A DNA stretch of 64,000 nt from an uncultured Gemmatimonadaceae bacterium (lineage in GTDB: Bacteria > Gemmatimonadota > Gemmatimonadetes > Gemmatimonadales > Gemmatimonadaceae). Below the pieces are notes generated by a model. That model was not told the origin of the DNA and did no database searches. It saw nothing but the letters and a program-made list of their open reading frames with translations. The stretch lies in assembly GCA_963740355.1 (NCBI GenBank), contig CAVUDW010000004.1, positions 35,680 through 99,679 of the forward strand. Reading direction: 5' to 3'. How positions within the stretch are numbered: the first letter of the stretch is position 1; every line of letters starts with the position of its first letter. This document shows positions 58,562 to 64,000 of the stretch, one piece after another. The position numbers were made by a program, and so were the translations under genes.

Positions 58562-59835
58562 TGATTGCCCTCGCGACGTCGCCTGAGACAGGCGTCTCGC
58601 GCACGGTGCTGCCGAATGGCCTGACCGTACTCTCGGAATTCGTTCCGGGAGTGCGGTCAGTCGCCATCGGGGCCTGGGTGCGTTCGGGTTCCATGCACGA
58701 ACACCCGGAGCAGATGGGCATCGCACACCTGCTCGAACACATGGTGTTCAAGGGCACTGCGAAATACAGCGCGAAAGCGCTGGCGCTGTCGCTCGAAGTA
58801 CTGGGAGGCTCTCTCGACGCGTACACCACGCGCGAGCACACCTCCTTCCAGGCGCGCGTGCTCGATGAGCACCTCGGCGAAGCCTCGGACGTCTTGTTCG
58901 AGCTCTGCTTCCAGCCATTGCTGCGTGATGATGACCTGCGCCTCGAACGCAAAGTCATTCTCGAAGAGATCGCGATGGTGGACGACACACCGGACGACAT
59001 CGTCTTCGAGTTGCACGCCAATCGCATGTACCCCGGACATCCGTACGGGCATGCGATTCTTGGCACACCAACCACGGTCAAGCGCTTGCAGGCGAGTGAC
59101 CTGCGCGCATGGCACGAACGAGCATACCATCCGCCGCAGATCGTGCTCGCTGCGGCGGGCAACGTCTCGCATGAGAGGTTGCTCGACGTGCTCGATCAGA
59201 CGGGATGGGCGACTCGCGCACGTGGCGTCAGTGAATTCCTGCCAGCGCCGAGCGTGCCCGACGCGATCACGCGCGGTTACAGCCATGTCAAGCGCAAGGA
59301 CATCGCGCAGACCCACATCGTGATGGCCTGCGATGCGCCGAAGCATTCGTCCGATCAGCGCAATGCGCTGGCCGTGGCGTCGGCATTGCTCGGTGGTGGC
59401 ATGAGTTCACGCCTGTTCCAGCAGGTGCGCGAGGAGCTCGGGCTGGCGTACAATGTCTACTCGTTCTACAACACGTTTCTCGACAACGGCCAGCACGGCG
59501 TCTACCTCGCAACAGCGCCAGAGCAGGCGCGCGAGGCCTACGCTGTCGTGTGTGCCGCGATGAATGCCGTCGCCGGCGGCGAGATGTCAGACGAGGAAAT
59601 CGCCACCGGAATCAGCCAGTTGAAGGGCCAGCTGGTCCTGTCGCTGGAAGGCGTCTCATCCCGACTCTATCGCGCGGCTGAAGTGGCCTTGTACGACGAA
59701 CCCTATCGGCCGATCGACGCGTTGCTGGCCGAGCTGGATGCGGTGACGCCTGCGCAGGTCCGTGCCGCCTGCGCCGCCTATCTCGACCCGGCACAATGCA
59801 GTGTGCTCAGTCTCGGGCCGGCTGCTGCGGCGTGA
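58561..59835 (+). CDS. M16 family (pitrilysin-like) peptidase
   Basis: HLLEH (HXXEH) motif; LGGGMSSRLFQ.VRE; conserved position after pnp. Confidence 0.92.
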   Translation: MIALATSPETGVSRTVLPNGLTVLSEFVPGVRSVAIGAWVRSGSMHEHPEQMGIAHLLEHMVFKGTAKYSAKALALSLEVLGGSLDAYTTREHTSFQARVLDEHLGEASDVLFELCFQPLLRDDDLRLERKVILEEIAMVDDTPDDIVFELHANRMYPGHPYGHAILGTPTTVKRLQASDLRAWHERAYHPPQIVLAAAGNVSHERLLDVLDQTGWATRARGVSEFLPAPSVPDAITRGYSHVKRKDIAQTHIVMACDAPKHSSDQRNALAVASALLGGGMSSRLFQQVREELGLAYNVYSFYNTFLDNGQHGVYLATAPEQAREAYAVVCAAMNAVAGGEMSDEEIATGISQLKGQLVLSLEGVSSRLYRAAEVALYDEPYRPIDALLAELDAVTPAQVRAACAAYLDPAQCSVLSLGPAAAA

Positions 59836-59877
59836 GCGCACACCTCGGCTGAATCCAATCCTGTCATCCCTAGAGCC

Positions 59878-62248
<2,371 letters not shown>

Positions 62249-62255
62249 GGCAAGC

Positions 62256-63644
62256 ATGGCGCGCACGTCTCGCACGGGAACGCGCACTGATCTGGCGCTG
62301 CTCGGCGTGGCGCTGGCTCTCGCAGTTGCATCACTGATCCTGCCCTCGGCGGCGCGTGGTCGCGTACAGGGATTGCTGCGGTCGAGCGTCGCGGCACCAC
62401 TGGTGTCGGCGCAGGTCTGGGCGGAGCGGGGGCGACAGGCGATCGGCGATCATGGTCGCCTCGTCTCACGCGTAGACAGTCTCGCGCTGGGCGTGCAGTC
62501 GACAACCGTGTTGCGCTCCGAGAATGAACGCCTGCGCTCCATGCTCGGCCTCGGTGCGCGCCTGCAGTGGGGCTTCGTGGCCACCGAGATCATGCATCCC
62601 CCGCGCGGTGCTGCCGACACCCGGTCCTGCTGGCGGCCGGGAGTGCCGCCGGTGTGCGACCGTTCTCGCCACTGGTGGTGCCGGAAGGCTTGATCGGCGT
62701 GGTGACCACCGTGGATGCCAGTTCGAGCACGGCGATCCTGTGGACGCATCCCGACTTCCGTGCCAGTGCAACCACACCGGATGGTGTGGCGTTCGGAATC
62801 GTTGCGGCGCATCTGGGTTCTGGTGCTGATCGGTTCCTGCTCGAGATGCGCGGTGTCCCGTTCCGCAGCGAATTGAAGCCGGGCACACTGATCGTCAGTT
62901 CGGGACTCGGCAACGTCTTCCCGCGCGGAATTCCGATTGGTGTCGTATTGCGCGAAACGAAGACGATTGAAGGCTGGGCACGCACCTACCTGATTCGCCC
63001 GATCGTCTCCCCCGACGAGGCGACGGCGGCGATGGTGCTGCTGCCTCCGCGCGCTGCCGCTGGCGTCACTGGTGCGTGGAGCAGTGCCGCTGCCGCCGAG
63101 GGCACGCAGAAGAACATCGCCGTGGCCGGCGACTCCGTGCTCGCGGACTCGGTGCGCCGCGTACAGGCGCAGTTGGCGCAGCTCGCCCTGCTCGACTCCT
63201 TGCGGCGGGCCGCGATTTATCGCGGTGACAGCGGCGTGCGGGTCGAGGGTGATTCCACACATGCCGTCGCCCGTCCCACGACAGCCGGTGCGGCGGTGCC
63301 GCCGGCCGGCAGCACACTACCGTCACCTTCGTCCGCGCCGGCCACCGCGCCGGTGGCGAAGCCAGCGGTACCGACCGGTGTTCCGACCACCGTGCCATCC
63401 GCAGCGCGGCCGCCGGTGACGACGCCGCCGGCCGCCGCGGGCAGCGCGGTTCGAACACCTGCGACGAGCACGAATCCCGCGGCGGCAGGGACGAAGCCAG
63501 TGGTTCGCGGACATCGCGTCCCACGGCCCAGGCACGGCCCCGCGGTGACAGCAGCAAGCCGCGCGCCGACTCGGCGCAAGGACGAAACAAGACCAAGCCT
63601 CCTGAGAACCCGTTCCGACTGCCCCCTGCGGGAGGGCGTCGTGA
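62256..63644 (+). CDS. mreC: Rod shape-determining protein MreC (frameshift near 62620; long Pro/Ala/Thr tail; 3' end uncertain)
   Basis: N-terminal TM, ENERLR.ML coiled coil; then GLIGVV and [15 protein letters not shown] in the next frame. Confidence 0.82.
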
Positions 63645-64000
63645 GCGGCCTGTACGACTGGATGCGCTTGGTGGTGGCTGTCTCGATCCTCGTGGTTGCG
63701 CACTTCGTATTGCGCCCGTTGATCGGGGATCGGATCGAGATCGATTTTCTCGTGTTGGCGCTCCTCCTCCTGTCAATTCGTGTACGGACCTGGCGTTGGC
63801 GCCGTGCTTGGCTTGCTCCTCGGGGCCGCCTCTGATGCCGCCGCACCGGCGGGGTTCGGCAGTGCCATGCTCGCATTGACGATTGTGGGGTACGTCACGT
63901 CGTGGCTGAAAGCCGCGTTCTTCGCGGAAAATGCCGTGCTGGACGGCATCGTGATTTTTGCCAGCGCGTGGGGTGTGATCCTGATGCGACTCTTCCTGTC
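63641..64000 (+). CDS. mreD: Rod shape-determining protein MreD (partial; frameshift near 63788)
   Basis: GTG with GGAGGG RBS; hydrophobic sequence IDFLVLALL, then RPGVGAVLG...FGSAMLALT in a shifted frame; follows mreC. Confidence 0.75.

Noticed and set aside
62567..63835. MreC-MreD fusion protein or programmed frameshifting
   Set aside because: mreD has its own RBS and GTG at 63641; the region has multiple indels and no slippery-site pattern.

Overview
High-GC bacterial chromosome segment, most likely from a Gemmatimonadota (Gemmatimonas-like) genome. This taxon is an inference from gene order and protein character, not a database result. The window is mostly core housekeeping DNA: infC-rpmI-rplT-pheST-zapA-(6S RNA)-rny-folD-xseAB-ispA-dxs-NAD kinase-recN; tRNA-Gly and tRNA-Leu; a lysine/DAP cluster-aroA-cmk-rpsA; acyl-CoA carboxylase subunits; rplM-rpsI-rpsB-tsf-pyrH-frr-uppS-cdsA-dxr-rseP; rpsO-pnp-M16 peptidase-ald-mreBCD. 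Accessory genes are interspersed: two PEP-CTERM surface proteins, an ATP-grasp + GNAT/Fem-like pair, a type II pantothenate kinase, a GH125-like protein, a CBM9/DUF5916-like protein and several exported hypotheticals. Main leads: (1) the PEP-CTERM protein at 40722-41426 has the three sequence hallmarks of a Cys-Gln thioester adhesin domain, a module characterised in Gram-positive bacteria; (2) both PEP-CTERM genes share an ungapped upstream IHF-like inverted motif followed by a sigma-54 -24/-12 element at near-identical spacing; (3) a compact ~135-nt rod-shaped RNA with its own promoter sits at the canonical 6S locus; (4) infC has an ATT start and an attenuator-like leader; (5) tRNA-Leu(UAA) lies directly behind an intrinsic terminator. 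The last ~4 kb (ald-mreBCD) has several frameshifts and a codon-usage shift that look like sequencing/assembly artefacts. No CRISPR array, transposase or integrase was found.
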